DNA from: Ministeria vibrans ATCC 50519
Taxonomy: Eukaryota > Protista > Filasterea
Direction of reading: 5' to 3'
DNA: 63,684 nt
Assembly (NCBI GenBank): GCA_943704425.1
Contig: CALSCP010001670.1
Coordinates: 62,001-125,684 of the forward strand
Made by a program: the position numbers and the translations under genes. Positions 1 through 17,100 of the stretch are shown one piece after another. Under the pieces are notes generated by a model, which worked only from the letters and a program-made list of their open reading frames with translations, did not search any database and was not told the DNA's origin. How positions within the stretch are numbered: position 1 is the stretch's first letter; every line of letters begins with the position of its first letter.

Positions 1-92
1 CTCTCTCTTCTCTCTCTCTCTCTCTCTCCAACACAACACACAGCGAGTGCGCATCGTTGGCACGGCAGTGCGTACAGCCCATGGGGATGTAC

Positions 93-203
93 CTCGCCGT
101 CGTCCCGGCCCTTCAGCACACTGTCATCGTCTTGAATGGTGGCAGTGCGTGAGTCGTTCTTTCTTCCGCCCAACAGCGGTGTCTGGTCCGTCGGTCCTCC
201 CAT
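93..203 (-). CDS. Probable first coding exon of a gene running off the window start, possibly a lysosomal/vacuolar membrane protein
   Basis: ATG at 203 gives MGGPTDQTPLLGGRKNDSRTATIQDDDSVLKGRDDGE, ending at a phase-0 GTACAT donor. DQTPLL fits the [DE]xxxLL dileucine sorting motif. The rest of the gene is outside the window. Confidence 0.4.
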
Positions 204-435
204 TGGTTGTGTCGCACGCCACAGTCCGTGGTGATTGATACAAATATACCAAAAAAAAGAAAATAAACTGACGCAACTCATGCAAGGGCGGTGGGGCGCG
301 AGGGACGACTCACAAGACCCACTTTGAGTTTGATCATCCATCCAATTCGTTGAGCGATTAATTTTATCGAAAGTTGAAACTTCAAACTTTTTAATTTTTA
401 TTTGTTTTCCTATACCAAATCAATTTTTACGTAAC

Positions 436-773
436 ATGAATGTTGATCATGAAGTCGAGATGCTCGTCACAGAGATGAAGCGAATTGGAAGTCAGAATGC
501 CCAGGGCCAATACGAAGTACAGTCTCTCCTTCTCTCGCGCTCTCTCTCCCTTCCCGTCGCCTCCCCTCACGTGCCTGACACGATCGTGCGCGTGGTGCTG
601 TCTAGGTGACGTTTGGCGTGATGTTTCGGGACGATCGCTGTGCGAATATCTTTGAGGCTCTGGTTGGAACTCTTCGAGCGGCCAAACGGCGCAAGATCAT
701 CGCCTTCCAGGGCGAAATGCTGCTCCAGGGCGCCCACGATGACGTTGTAATCACCCTGTTGAAGGAAGACTGA
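436..773 (+). CDS. ABRACL: Costars family protein (ABRA C-terminal-like), 82 aa, 2 exons (436-516, 606-773)
   Basis: Manual splicing gives MNVDHEVEMLVTEMKRIGSQNAQGQYEVTFGVMFRDDRCANIFEALVGTLRAAKRRKIIAFQGEMLLQGAHDDVVITLLKED*, the Costars consensus. GT-AG intron 517-605. Not in the ORF track. Confidence 0.95.
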
Positions 774-853
774 TTTATTGCGCTTCTTTTGATGTGAATT
801 CGATAAATATTTAATATTTTTTTGCGTTCATTATCATTATCATTTTTTTTTTG

Positions 854-4351
<3,498 letters not shown>

Positions 4352-4475
4352 TGACCTTGGAGTTTGCGCAATGAAATAATAATTAATAATGATTTGATCG
4401 ATCATCGATCACTTCATGAAAGTTATAATACATATTCACACTCTCTATAATATATATAATATTATATAGAGTCAC

Positions 4476-4993
4476 TCAGTCAGTCAGGTATGGTGCCCAC
4501 TCGCGCGCCATCGCCAGGTCAACACACTCGGTACGATTCCCATAGTGTCGAATGCGTTGCGTGTGCTGCTTATAGACACCCGCTGCGTGAAGCACAACGG
4601 CCCCTGGAGGCGCAGAACAGTCGAGCTCACTGGCAATGCGCTCGGGACGCACATTCCAAATGTGATCAAGATGTGCCGTACGTTGATTGGCCGCGAGATT
4701 GAGAGCAGACTCCATGATGAGACGCGCGTCGCCACCGCGATGTCTATGTTTCGAAAAGAGCACACCAATCCAATGAAGAACCGTCTCGCTCAGGCTGTGC
4801 TTGCGCCACGCATCCACATTGATCATGAGCACACCATCACTGATATAGGGCTCCTCGCGCTGGAAACGGCGCTGGTTGATGGACAAGGCAAGGCTATTGG
4901 CGGCTGCAAGCATGTCCGCTGCGAGCACCCCCGATAGAGTGTTGCTCTCGGGAACACCCGCCAAAAACCATTCGCCGTCACTGTCATTACTAT

Positions 4994-5029
<36 letters not shown>

Positions 5030-7169
5030 CAACACGACTGTCGTGCGCAGCCAAATGGACATCAAAGAGGGCCGTCACGTCGTTCACCGCGAGCGTGTCC
5101 GGGTGCATCACAAGTACACGTGAGACGGCGCGCGGGAACAGACGATCAACAAAAGCTGGCAGAAAATAGGCCATGGTCCCGATGTCATCACGGTTCAGCA
5201 GTGCACCCAGTTTGGATATGCTTACACGCAGTGTCCCAAAGAGAGCGTTTTTGACAGGTATGGAAGGGAGGTTGCGTACAAAGACACGACGGTAGTGCAT
5301 GCGCTTGCGTCCGTCGTGGAGCAGCTGCGCATGTGTCCACATGCGCCCACTCATATCCGCACTTCCACCACTCTCAAACACTTCCTCCTTGCCCTCGTAG
5401 GCAAAGCCCCCAGCACGATCAACGGCCGCCAGAAGACACTGCGGCTGGTCCGTGAGCAAGGCAATGTCGACTGGGTGTGCGCGTGCGTGTCGGCCGATGG
5501 AGCGCAGCAGCGCAGCCACGCCACGCGCTTCACTGCAACTGCCCGGAATCACAATCACAGGACGTCCTGCAGCACCCAAGGCCGCCGCGGGTGACCTCAG
5601 CAGCGACTGTCCCGTCGCATTGTACGTCGCCCAGTCCGCCTCGGTAACTCCGCCGTATCCACAAAGGCCCGTCAGTACTGGACCTTCGTCGACACAGCGC
5701 CAGTGGTAGAGTCCGCCGTGCTCTGTTGTAAGCGCTTTGAAGTTATTGGCCTCCTTCGTGTCTTTTTGCGGTGCCTCGTAGGGGCCGTCCCAACCTGCAA
5801 GACGCACAGTGTAGCACTTGCACTCGTCAATGTTGAGCGAGCCAGTGGCCGTCCGGTTGGCGATGCGCGCATACTTTTCGAGGATGTTATTGTTGCTTTG
5901 TGTCTTGGGCACATTTGTCGAGCCATAGTACACTACCATGGCGGTGGCGGCCGCGTAGGCGCCCTCATGCCACCGAAAGTGCGCCACGTCACCCGTGTAC
6001 AGTTGGGGAGCAGGTGCCTTGAGTGGTGATATGACCATGGTGGAGCACAGGTGAGTCCAATCGCGGACGAGCTCCGTTAGTGCGTGGCCGCGCAAATGCA
6101 TGGGGAAAGCCTCGCGGAAGGTTGTGGCACAGCCAACGGGTGATTTTGCAATGCTGTGGTAGCCGCCGGTGACGGAGACGTCGCCTCGCATGATGCTGAT
6201 CTTGCGGTGCGTGATGTGTCGATAGCCCCGGACAAGGTTCTCCGTGTAGAACAGTTCATAGATGGAACAGTGCAGTGGAAATTGGTGGAAGAGCGAGTCA
6301 TTGTCGCGAAGGGGTGCAAGACGGCCATTGTGCCCGAGACGGTCGGTCCATGTTGACGACGACGCTACATAGTTACCGCGCTCAAGTTGGCGCACCACAT
6401 CAACGACACGACGCCCGGCAAACTCCATGAGCTCGTCCGCGTCGGCAAGAAGCACCCAAAAGTCTGAGAGATTCTGATGAGGCAATGCGCGCAGACGTGT
6501 GAACAGATTGAAAACTTTGGTGTTGGCTGAGAACACCTCGACGATAGTGGTGTTGCCCGGGATGAGAATGCGGATGTTTGCGTCGAGTACGCCCCCTTGC
6601 CGCGCGATCTCTTGCATGGCGGCGGCACTTTTGAGCGATTCGGCGTGCGTGGCATGTGTGGGCAGGTCCAGATCAAAGAGGACGCGACTCATGTTGAGAC
6701 TGAGGACGTTACGATAGTGACGCACTTGATGCTTCAAGAGCGTCTCACACACGACGCCACAGGCGCTGAGCTGTGCATACAGATAGATAGGCTTGGTCGG
6801 AGTGTCGTCGGGCATGCGATTGAGGGTGCTGGGAACGGGAAACGAAGCGAGTGGCACATTTGGCGGTGATGGCATATTCCGTTTGCCCTCTTCTTCTTCT
6901 TCTTCTTCTTCTTCTTCTTCTTCTTCTTCTTCTTCTTGCTGCTGCTGCTGCTGCTGCTCTTCCGCCTCTTCGTCGTTCACAACAACTTCTTCGTAGTGCA
7001 TCGAATGCAGGTGTGCAACGTCGCGGACAAGCGGTGCGCTGGGAGTGTCTGACAGTCGAGACGAAAAAGGTGTCAAATGCACGCGACTGCAGATCAGGAC
7101 GACGGCGGCGAGAATGACAAAGATCATGAGGTCCTGGCGTCGCCGACGGCACCAGAACCTGCTTGGCAT
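4476..7169 (-). CDS. Type II membrane two-domain glycosyltransferase: GT2-like domain plus GT8-like domain, 897 aa, intronless
   Basis: Basic N-tail with signal anchor (RRRR..LMIFVILAAVVLIC) and a poly-Q/E stem. GT-A motifs WVLLADADELMEF, DRLG..GRL, QFPL.C, HFRW. C-terminal GT8-like YFLPAF..RVLVM.PDTL, DGVLMINVDAWR, ALNL, IWNV, VLHAAG. Confidence 0.7.
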
Positions 7170-7474
7170 TTTGTTCTGACTTCTCTTAATGAAAATAAAA
7201 ATGAACTCCCAAATAAAAATAAATAATAATATTATTAATAATAATATGATTTAAATATGTTGACTGGTGTGAACGTCTCACGGACGGTCACAGAACTATA
7301 CGCACGCCATGATGCATTTTGCGCAGTTTTGTTAAAAGAGTTAAGAGACGAAAAGGAGAAAGCTTTTAGCTGTGAGGAGTGATCTCATACACATAAAAGC
7401 AGCTGATATGCCGCTGTCTCATACTTCATACTATACTACTGTGATTGTTGTGAGAAGAAGAGTAAGATTCATTT

Positions 7475-9378
7475 TTAATCTTTCTTGTTAATCGCATCTT
7501 TTCGGCATTCGGGAAACGCAGCAATAGTCAACTTAATGCCTTCCTGCACCGACACAACCGGTTTGTACCCTTGAAATAGAAATGAATAAAAATAATTATA
7601 ATATTAATATTATTTCAATTACTATCAGATGAGAAAATTATTGATACCGAGATCTTTCTTCGCGCGCTCGCAACTGTAGTAATGGTGTGTGCCCGCAAGC
7701 GCAATCTATTCGAGAAGAAAAAATAATGATTTAGTCCATACTCTCTCTTTATCACATTCTCTCTCTCTCTATCACTTTGTTTCTTTCTCCTCTCTCTCAA
7801 TCTCGTTTCTCTCTCTTTCTTTTACTTTCATAGGGTTCATTGTCGGATTGAATTTCTTTATGGGCGATAGAACAACCACAAAAAACTGCACAATACACGC
7901 AAGGCCGTACAACAGCCAAAACGGCAAATTGTACTTTGGTCGGTCAAACCCCTATACAAAAACAATCAATATCAAAAATGAATCAATTCTTTCTTTTCAC
8001 ACATACGAGACCCTCAAGAAGATCGCCCATAAAGGCCCAGAAAGGAATGGGCGCGTCGTTGGTGATGTGGTAGGCCTGACCGGCGCACTGGCGCGTCCGC
8101 TCCGCATCGGCCAGACTCTCCGCTGCAAGCACATGCCCCACCGCCACATTCCGCACGTACGTGAAGTCCACCATGTTCTTTCCATTCCCCACCACAAATC
8201 GTGTTTTCCCTATTCGAGTAGTATCCGTTAATTTTCCTGTTTCTTTTTTTCGTTTGGTCGATTTTTTTTTGTGTGTGTGTGTGTGTGTGTGTTTCTCACC
8301 TGCTCTCGCCTGAGCGACCAATGTAGGCACCAAATGCGGATCATGAGGACCAAAAATGCCGTGTGGACGTACAGCAATCGTACGGAAGGTGTCTTTGTTA
8401 GCGGAAAGAACAATCTGAAGCAGAAACTAATATAAGAAAGTGTGATTGCTATTTGGAGGGGTTTCTGACCGATTCTTGTTCGATTTTCGATTCGCTGTAG
8501 GCATCGGCAGGGGATTTTGCGTAAGGGGTGTCCTCTGTGGCATTCTCAATGTCGCGGCCTTCGTAGAGAACGGAGGCGCTGCTGGTGAGGACCAGACGGG
8601 GAATGTGAAGTTCTTCGCACAGAGCGACCAGGCGACGACTGCCCTCGACATTCACCCACTGGAACAGTTTTCTACTCAGAGAGGCGGGGTGAGTATGCGT
8701 GTGCGTGTGAGTATGCGTGTGCGTGTGAGTATGCGAGTGCATGTGAGTATGAGTGTGCATGTGAGTGTGCGTGTGTGAGTATGAGTGTGGTGTGAGTGTG
8801 TGTGCTTGGTGCTTGGTGTGTGCTTGGTGGTTCGTGCGTAGTGTGTGCTTAGTGCGTAGTAGTGCTTAGTGTGTGTGTAACGGGGAGGGCGGGCACTTGC
8901 CTGTTGTCGCAGAGGGGAGAGGGCGATGCACAGTGGAACACCACGTCGACTCCTTGCAGCGCCGGTTCCATGTCCTACGCACAAGACAACACAGCCCCTT
9001 AGGAGGATTGCAACCAAAGGGAACGGGGAGGGAGGGGACGCAGCAGCCCCACCGCCGGCGCCGCGGCAGCACCGGGCGCCCAACGGCGAAGGGAGACGCA
9101 GAGGAGAGGAGTGACATGGCCTGGCCAATGGCTACCTCGCGTTTCGTCAGATCGCCAACGTGAAATGCATCCAGTCGCTCGTCCTTGTACGTCTCTCGCA
9201 TATCAAACACCCGCACACGGTAGGCCCGCTCAAACAGCTCGTTGCACAGATGGCGTCCCAGAAAGCCCCCACCACCAATCACAAGCGCAAGTTGTCCCTA
9301 CAACATATCAACTTGTTCGTTTTTTCTGCTTCTTCTTTTTTTCTCCTTATGATTAAGATGGCACACCTTTCCCGTCAT
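7475..9378 (-). CDS. NSDHL: Sterol-4-alpha-carboxylate 3-dehydrogenase (3-beta-HSD family), multi-exon
   Basis: [41 protein letters not shown] (YxxxK), [51 protein letters not shown], terminal [15 protein letters not shown]...KKD*. Confidence 0.9.
8689..8880. repeat. 18-bp GTGAGTATGCGTGTGCGT minisatellite decaying into GT-rich sequence, filling an NSDHL intron
   Basis: Visible tandem units. Confidence 0.8.
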
Positions 9379-9531
9379 GGTCGATATATCAGTTCTGCTC
9401 CGTACAAAAGAGAGCAAAAAGACTAAGTGACTGACTGATCAGTGAACAGTGTAAATAGTGATCAATTTAATTTATTATATTCTTTCCCCTCTTTCACACA
9501 CACACGCGCTTTTCACCGTAAGAAGCAAGAA

Positions 9532-10160
9532 ATGATATACTCAAAGGAAGTGGCGGAGGCAGTGGTGGCGCCGCTGGTCGCGTGCCCCGCAACGGCTGCT
9601 GTGGTCGGATCGCTTGTCGTTGGGCGGGTTGCGACCTTCCTGATGCGCAGCCAGACCGTCAGTGCCGCAGGGCGGTCCGTGTTCGTCACCGGCTGCGACA
9701 CGGGCTTTGGCCGCCGTCTGGCTGTCTCGTTGGCGTCGCAGCGCGTGAAAGTGTTTGCGGGATGTTTGCAAGAGAAGAGCGTCGCCGAACTGACCGCCCT
9801 GGGCGTCCGCGCCTTCATCATGGACGTCACGTCCGCCGAAGACATTGCCAAAGCGAGTAAGAAGACCTTGAGCGCATTCTTCGTCTTTTTTTTCTTCTTT
9901 TTTTTCCGTTGATTATAACGCAAAAACTTCGACTCAACTTCGATTTGTGTCTTTTTCGTCCCACAGCTCAAATTGTCGCTGACGAGTGTGGCGACGAGGG
10001 CCTGTGGGGCGTCGTGAACAACGCCGGCATTGGCAACGGCGGCCCTCTCGAGCTGTTCTCCGTCGATGACTTTCGCTTAACGATCGAAATCAATTTGGTA
10101 GACCAAAAAAAAAATCACGTCCACAAAAAAAGTCATCAAAAAAGTAAAACAACTTCGTCT

Positions 10161-10194
<34 letters not shown>

Positions 10195-11046
10195 TAGATT
10201 GCGGTGCATGCAGTTACCAAAGCATTGTTGCCGTACATTCAAAAGGCGCAAGGGCGTGTTGTCAACGTCGCGTCGGTCGCGGGTCGTTTCAGTGGACCGG
10301 GAATGTGTGCGTACAGTGCGTCTAAACACGGCGTAGAGGCGCTGTCAGACGCACTACGTGTCGAAGCGAAGGTGTGTGGACTGACGCTTGTTGACTCCCT
10401 CACACAGCTGTTACATTAGGCCTGGAATGTGTCCGTGTCGATCATTGAGCCGGGATTCTTTGCAACGCAAATCATTGATCCCAAGGCTCTGGAGAAGGGC
10501 ATGCAACGCAGCTGGGCCCAGGTGTCGCCCGAGGTGAAGGCCAAGTATGGCGAATCGTACTTGCCCGACACACACCAGGTATGCATCGACACCTCAATGA
10601 GTGAGTGGGCGGGTAACGTGGAGCTGAGCTGGCGTTCGTTTTTGATTGGAGAGCGGCGCTGAGACACATGTACATTGTTGTTGGTTGATCAATCAAAATA
10701 ATTGCTTTCTTAGGCGACTGTTCCCAGCCTGGAGAAGTTTGCATCGACCGACTTGAGCCTTGTGACGAACGCAATGGAGCGGGCACTGTTTGCACGATAC
10801 CCTTTGACGCGCTATCTGGTAGGTACCGACGCGCATCTCATGTGGATGCCCGTTGCGCGACTGCCGACGTTCATGAAGGACGCGCTGCTCTACGCAATGC
10901 ATGCCAAAGTGACCCCTCAGTTTCTCAAAGAAAATCCGTTGCGCAGACCCTGGTCTCTCGAGGCCAAAGTTATCTTCCTCACCCTCTCCGTCCTCCTTCT
11001 CATCTACGCTGCGCTCACGTACGACTGCGCGTGTCTTTACACCTAA
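9532..11046 (+). CDS. Short-chain dehydrogenase/reductase of the RDH/HSD17B6/BDH1-like group, 5 exons, with a hydrophobic C-terminal segment
   Basis: VFVTGCDTGFG, GLWGVVNNAGI, GRVVNVAS, YSASKHGVEALSDALR (YxxxK), VSIIEPGFF, ARYP.TRYLVG.DA. All four introns are GT-AG and in frame. Confidence 0.9.
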
Positions 11047-11184
11047 CCATTGATCAGAAAATAATAATAATAATAATTAATTTTTATTACAAAATACACA
11101 CACAAACACAAATCTCTCTCGTTCTCTCTCTTCTCTCTCCTTCTCTTCTGCGTTTTCGTCTTGGATCTCTGTCACTGGGTCTAT

Positions 11185-14100
11185 CTATCGTCCTTGACCC
11201 CATGCGACAATTCGACCATTGGCATCACCACTGTAAATCTCATCGTTCAGCGGAGATACGGCAATGGCAGTGATGGGAGCACCTAAAAAAACCAGTCACA
11301 CACACACACACACGATATAAAATATAAGTCGGTTTGAAGGAGAAAAAGAGAATCATTGCAATGTGTACCTGCAGTCATGGTGAGCGTGCGAACCATGGCG
11401 CCGTGCTCGAGCTTAGTGACAAGCATGAGGTCGTCGCTGTCAAAGAGACACACACGTCCGTCGCCCCCACCTGCACACACGTAGTTCTTGCCACAGCCTT
11501 CGGGGACAGTCGTAAACGCAAGCGACAGCGCTGCCACTGCAAGCTGCGTTTGCGCCGCCAACGAGCCATTAATCGTCCACAGCTGCAAATGACCTGCACC
11601 ATTGGTGAGACGCTCACCACGCGACACTTGCTCGGCAACGCTAATAGTGGTCAAAACGGTGTTGGTCCGCGTCTGCTGCTGCTGTAGCGATTGTTGCGGA
11701 AGAGAATTGAGAGAGGCCGCTGCGGTCGCTGAAGAGGCATCGGGCGCAGTGGTGACGACGAGAGACACGGCAATCTCGCCGGACGTGTCCGAGATGGCAA
11801 TGGCTAGTGGAGGAGGGTCGCCGTGCTCGCCCAACGACAGCACATAGTCCAGCCGATTGAGATCCCACAGAATCACCGTTCCATCGGCACTGCCCGAGCA
11901 CACCAAACTAAAATTGCGGTTGACTGCCACGCACGTCACCGCACCCCGATGGGCATTGAAGGCGCGCACCAGCGTGATCTCAGGGCGCTTGGTGTCCACG
12001 GCCCGCAACTGCCACACCTCGACGGCACCCGAACGCGCACCCGTCACAATGGTGCGCGGGTCGGGTTGTGTCGCCGCACAGCACACCACTGCATCGTCGC
12101 GCATGAGCTCCGCATGTGCCAGACACTTCCCACTGTCCGTGTCGCACACGCGCAGCGTCGCGTCCCAGTGACCGTAGCTCACAAAACGCGTCTTGGTGAG
12201 GAACACTCGACGATTGCCCAGTCCCACCACGCCACTACCGCCGTCAGTCCGTCCAATCGACATGACAGCCTCGCCAATGGAGCGCTCCCACACGGCCACG
12301 GGTCCAGTGTTGCCTCGCAGCAGCGACGAATGATGCGGATGGCGGCGCTGCGGATGCACGCGCGTGAACAGCTGCTTCGGTGTCTGTCCATAGTTGCGAA
12401 TTTGTGACTCGGCCGCCGCGCGCTCCAGCTCATCGTTAATACGATCCAAGTCAATCTCACCCTCGTACGTCAGCGGATGAAACACGTTGGCCGCGCGCCG
12501 CGCCGGCTCGCCACGCTGCTTGTGGCCAAAAATGAGATCAATCCACAAGTGCAGGTGCTCGCTGACGTAACGGCTCTCGAGCGCCGCACGGTGAAGACGC
12601 ACAAAGCGACGGGCATCGCCGTGCGCCCAAGGCGGCAGGCGCACATGATTCACAACGGTGTCGTCCTGCTTGTGCCCAAAGCCAAGTCGGTTTGTGTTGA
12701 GCAGTGCTTCGCGCAAGTAGAAAAACTCCGGCACGAGCTCCTTCACGTCTGCATTGCCCAGCCGACTGCTCTGCTCCCACGCAATCGCGAACGAGTGGAA
12801 CGTCCGGTCGGGACAGTCAAAGCCCCGTTGAAAGTCCAAAAAGAATTGCGTGTACGGCTCAACACGTACCAAATAGTACAGTACACTGCCCTGCGTTGAG
12901 TAGTGCGATCCGTAGTGATACGGGTGCTCCTCGTTCATCTCCACCAAGTGATTGTACTTGGTCATAAAGCTAAGAAGTGAAAGAGACATGGAGAGAAAGA
13001 TGAGAAAGAAAGTAATAATTATAATCATAATAATAATAATAATATTTATTATTATTACTATCATTATTATTATAACATTATTATTATAAATAATATAAAC
13101 AAAGTCCGTATCACGCACACACACATACACATACACATACACACACACAACATGTATACACACAACTCGCTGTTTATATGTCTTTCTCAATCTGTAGTAG
13201 TCTTCCTCACCTGTTCTGGAGGCGACGCTCATCCTGCGCACCCATAGGCTTGCTGAGATCACGGAAAGAGGCGGGGTTGGCAAGGTCGAGCACAGTGCTC
13301 TCGTAGTCGCGTAGAAGCCATGGAAAGACGGGGTACTGCGTAAGGTCGTTGAAGGAGCGACCCGCCAGCGTGTTGAGGTGCATCAGATACTCAAAGTTGG
13401 TGATCATGCCCGCAACCCACTTGTCTGTAATGCTCTTGCGCAACAGTGAGCCATGTACCTCGCTCTCGTAGTCGACAAAATTGACAAGCTCATGCGACAG
13501 CAGATGTTGGTACACCTCATCACGGCTAATTTTGGTGCGGAACGCAAGCAGGAAAGTCTGACCACTGATCATAAACAGCTCCAGCGCATTGTCCTTGAGC
13601 ATGTAGCGACGTCGATGGATCTCGGTAATCTCCGACATGGGCCAGGCGTTGTGACGGCTCTCAACTGCGTCTGCATAGCCCCACGGCAGCGGATTCTGCT
13701 CCTGAGGCACAAGCTTGGCTCCTTTGGCCGCACGCGACGAGTGTGACGTCTTGGCACTCTCGTGTACCACAGTGCTCTCCACAAAGTACACACCCTTCTG
13801 GCCAACGAGAAGCTCCCCTTCGCTCGTGCGAAACGGTGCAATACGCGTCGCCTCACAGATGAGCCCACCGCCAAGCTGATCGCCTGGCAACAAGATCGAG
13901 TTGGTGTCCACATCTTCACTGTCGTCCTCGCCCGTGCTCGTCAGCGACATATTCGTGCTCGACAGTCGCTGCGACAGTCCCCCGTCGCCCCCACCACCCT
14001 CTGCGCCCTCACCGCCCATGGCCCCACTAACATCTTCACTGTTTTGCGTCTTGCTTGTGACCGCACTCGCAAACAGACACTCGAGAGGGTGACGAGGGAC

Positions 14101-17100
14101 TCGGCGACGCACCGTTGACGACGTCGGCGTGTTGGGCGTGGACATGGGCAGCGTCGACGCAGCCGCCGCAGCACGCACCGAACTCCAAAAGGCCCCATCA
14201 CGGTCCATGAGTCGCAGCTCCGCACGCGTCATGCGCATCTCACAGAGCACTCGCCGATCAGACTCGACCTCCGAGTCGTTCTCGCCCGACGCATTCGACT
14301 GGTCGCCCAGACCAACTGCACCAACACTAGTGGTACCGCCACCGACACCACTACACACCTCAGCCTCGATAAGCGCCATTTCAATGCGTTCCGCAATCGT
14401 AAGTGCATCCCAAGTGTCGGCAGGCAACTTTTCGCGCGCACGCTGAAGCGAGCTTGTGCCAAGACGCCGCAGACGCTGTTCACGCAGTTCTTGTTCCTGT
14501 TGCTCTTGTTGCTGCAACAACTGATGCGTACTCATGGTGCTTCCGCCCGCAGCACTGCCGGCAGTGCCCCCGCCACCAACGCTACTCGCACCACCGCCAC
14601 CTTTGGCGCGACGCGACGACGCGCCGGAGCGCGGCACAGACCGACGCCCTGTGCTACTGCCACCACCACCCGCACCGCCGCCGCCGCCGCCGCCGCTTGC
14701 CCCGCCAAGTGCCGAGCCCAAGTTGCGAAAAGACCCTTCAGGCATAGGCGAGCCAATGGGATAGGCAAGCGGAAAGGTGACGCGCGTCAGACGTAGACGC
14801 ACACGGCCGGGACCTTCGGTGGGATCAACACACCAGGTGGTTGAGACTGGATCTCGAGGCCACATGCCACGCGCGTACGTCTGCAAGAGAGTCAGTTCAC
14901 GCCAGCCACGACGTGTCACTCGATCCACCTCCTGCGCTGCTCCCACTGCAAGCATGTAATCACGCGCCTTTTCGTTCTGCAGCACCACCGCCTGTGTGCT
15001 CACCTGTGACGAGTCAGCGCGCACTGTCTGCGCCTCGGTTGCCCGACGATCACGGCGCAGGCGCATCTGTTCGTCACGCATCGTAAACCACTCTGTCTCG
15101 GCAATCCCTTCTTCCTCGGCCCAATCGCTCGTGGCGCGCGTCATGTTGGAGGAAAAGTGCAACTTCCACGTCGATGGATTGGTGTCGTCGCCGAGAACAC
15201 TGTCGTCGCACACCACTTCGCGCATCGCCTGTGGATGCTGCCTGACCAGCATCGACAGCACCGTTGTCGCCTTTTGCAGGTTCTCCAACACCTTTTCGCG
15301 GTTTCGGAAGGGGCCATGAACCGGGGCCGTGCTGGTCGTTGTGGTCGCCGCAGAACTCGCCGCACTCTCTGACAGACGACGCTCCTTGGTGGTCATCGTT
15401 GCTGCTGTTGTTGTTGTTGTCGTGGTGGTGGTGGTGGTGGTGGTCGCACTTGACGCGGTCGACGAGGCCGTGTGCTCCTTGACGTCATTCACATGCGCGG
15501 GAATCTCGTCTTCGGGATAGAGCGTTTCGGTACCATCAAGGTCGTCACCGTTGGCGAGCGTGTAGCTTATGGTCTCGGCCTCAACGTCAGGTTGACCGGC
15601 CTCCTTGGAGTCACCCTGGCTGTCGGCATAAAGCAAACCCGTGGTTGACTCGAGCAGCTCCGAGATGAAGCAGATGAGATGCGCTCCCATATGTGGCTGG
15701 TCGACAAAGAGCTCGGGGGTGGCATAGAGCGACGCAACAACCTGCAACCGACGCTCTGGTGTCCGATTGGGTAGCACAAGGAAGCGCAAGAGACGCGCCA
15801 GTTGCTGGCGAATAAATGTTTGGTTGGCCAGGTAGGGAAGTGTGTCGGCCGTCGACGAGTTGGGCAGTTCGGTGGAAAGCATGCCGAGCATCACGTCAAA
15901 GGTAAACTTCGCAAAGTCAGCCTCGTCGTCGGAGACCCCTTGCTCATCAGCAGCCTGGCAGTACAGCACATGGTCCACTGCAATCTCACAGGTGCGAATA
16001 AAGGTCGCCGCCACATCGTCATGCTGCATAAAGTCTTGGGCGGTCACATTCAGGTAGAACTGCTGCAACACTGCCTGCAGCACGACGCGCTGCATGGTCT
16101 GCACCAGTGGCGAGGTTGGACGGCGTTGCGCGGGTGTACCATTCGCGGCACTCGATGAGTCCGACACGGACGAGGGATGCGAGAAGGACATGTCAGAGAC
16201 AGTCGCGACGGAGCTGTCACCGCCGACACTTGCGCTGTCGGGCATGTCGCCGTTCTCGCTGCTGGAGAACACGGGCTGCAGCCCGGCCGGGTCGAGGTTG
16301 TACAGCGACATCACGATGTCCTCGATGACAGCCGCACCGCCATTGTTGGCCTTGCACGCTGCCAACGCAACGTGCGTGAGAAACGACAGCAGATGTTTGG
16401 TCATGGTGACACGGATGATGCGTGGCACTTGCCCGTGCTCATCGACCGCCGCATGAGACATACCACCAAAGTCGGACGCGGTGTCGCTCGTGTCCGTTGT
16501 CGATCCACCACCAAGGCTGTAGCCATCAACATTGCCCATGGAGTCGCCTGCAAAGCTGCTTGTGGCCGAGCCCATGTAGGAGCTCAGACCCGAGACGGGA
16601 CGTACAATGAGTGAACGCTTCTTGGCGCGTCGCGCAAGCACCGCCGACACAGCGGCCAGCTCGGCCTCGTCGTCGGGCCCAAAGGGTGCCGCCGTGCCAT
16701 CGTCACACAAGTCCGCATAGGTCATGATGCGTCCCGCGAGCGCCGCTGCCATCGCCGCACACAAATTGTCCAGCAGTGACGAGCCAATGACATACTCGCG
16801 GACTCGTGTGTTGCCACACAGACCCCAGACAGTCTGCAAAGCATCTTTCCACAAGTCTGCGTCGGGCCCACACGCCTCGAGCATGGCCAAAACAACCTCG
16901 ACAGCGTGTCCCGTTGCCTCACCCTGCTGCTGCGCCTCCAACGTGGGTGTGCGCAGAATGGTCGGAAAGCGACGTGGCGTCTTCTTAGGCGTGACCGGCA
17001 CTGGCGACGCATCGTCACCAGGAGGCATCGACGTGACACTGGAGCTCTTCCCACCAATACCGCCACCACCTCCAGCGGCACCACCAAGGGGATTACCGCC

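Noticed and set aside
4455-4480. TGA-CTG readthrough context at the glycosyltransferase stop
   Set aside because: The extension would be only a few residues (LSDSI) with no targeting signal.
4476-7169. Lack of introns as evidence of recent HGT of the glycosyltransferase
   Set aside because: Native genes here also have 3.5-6.5 kb exons, and this gene carries host-typical trinucleotide repeats.
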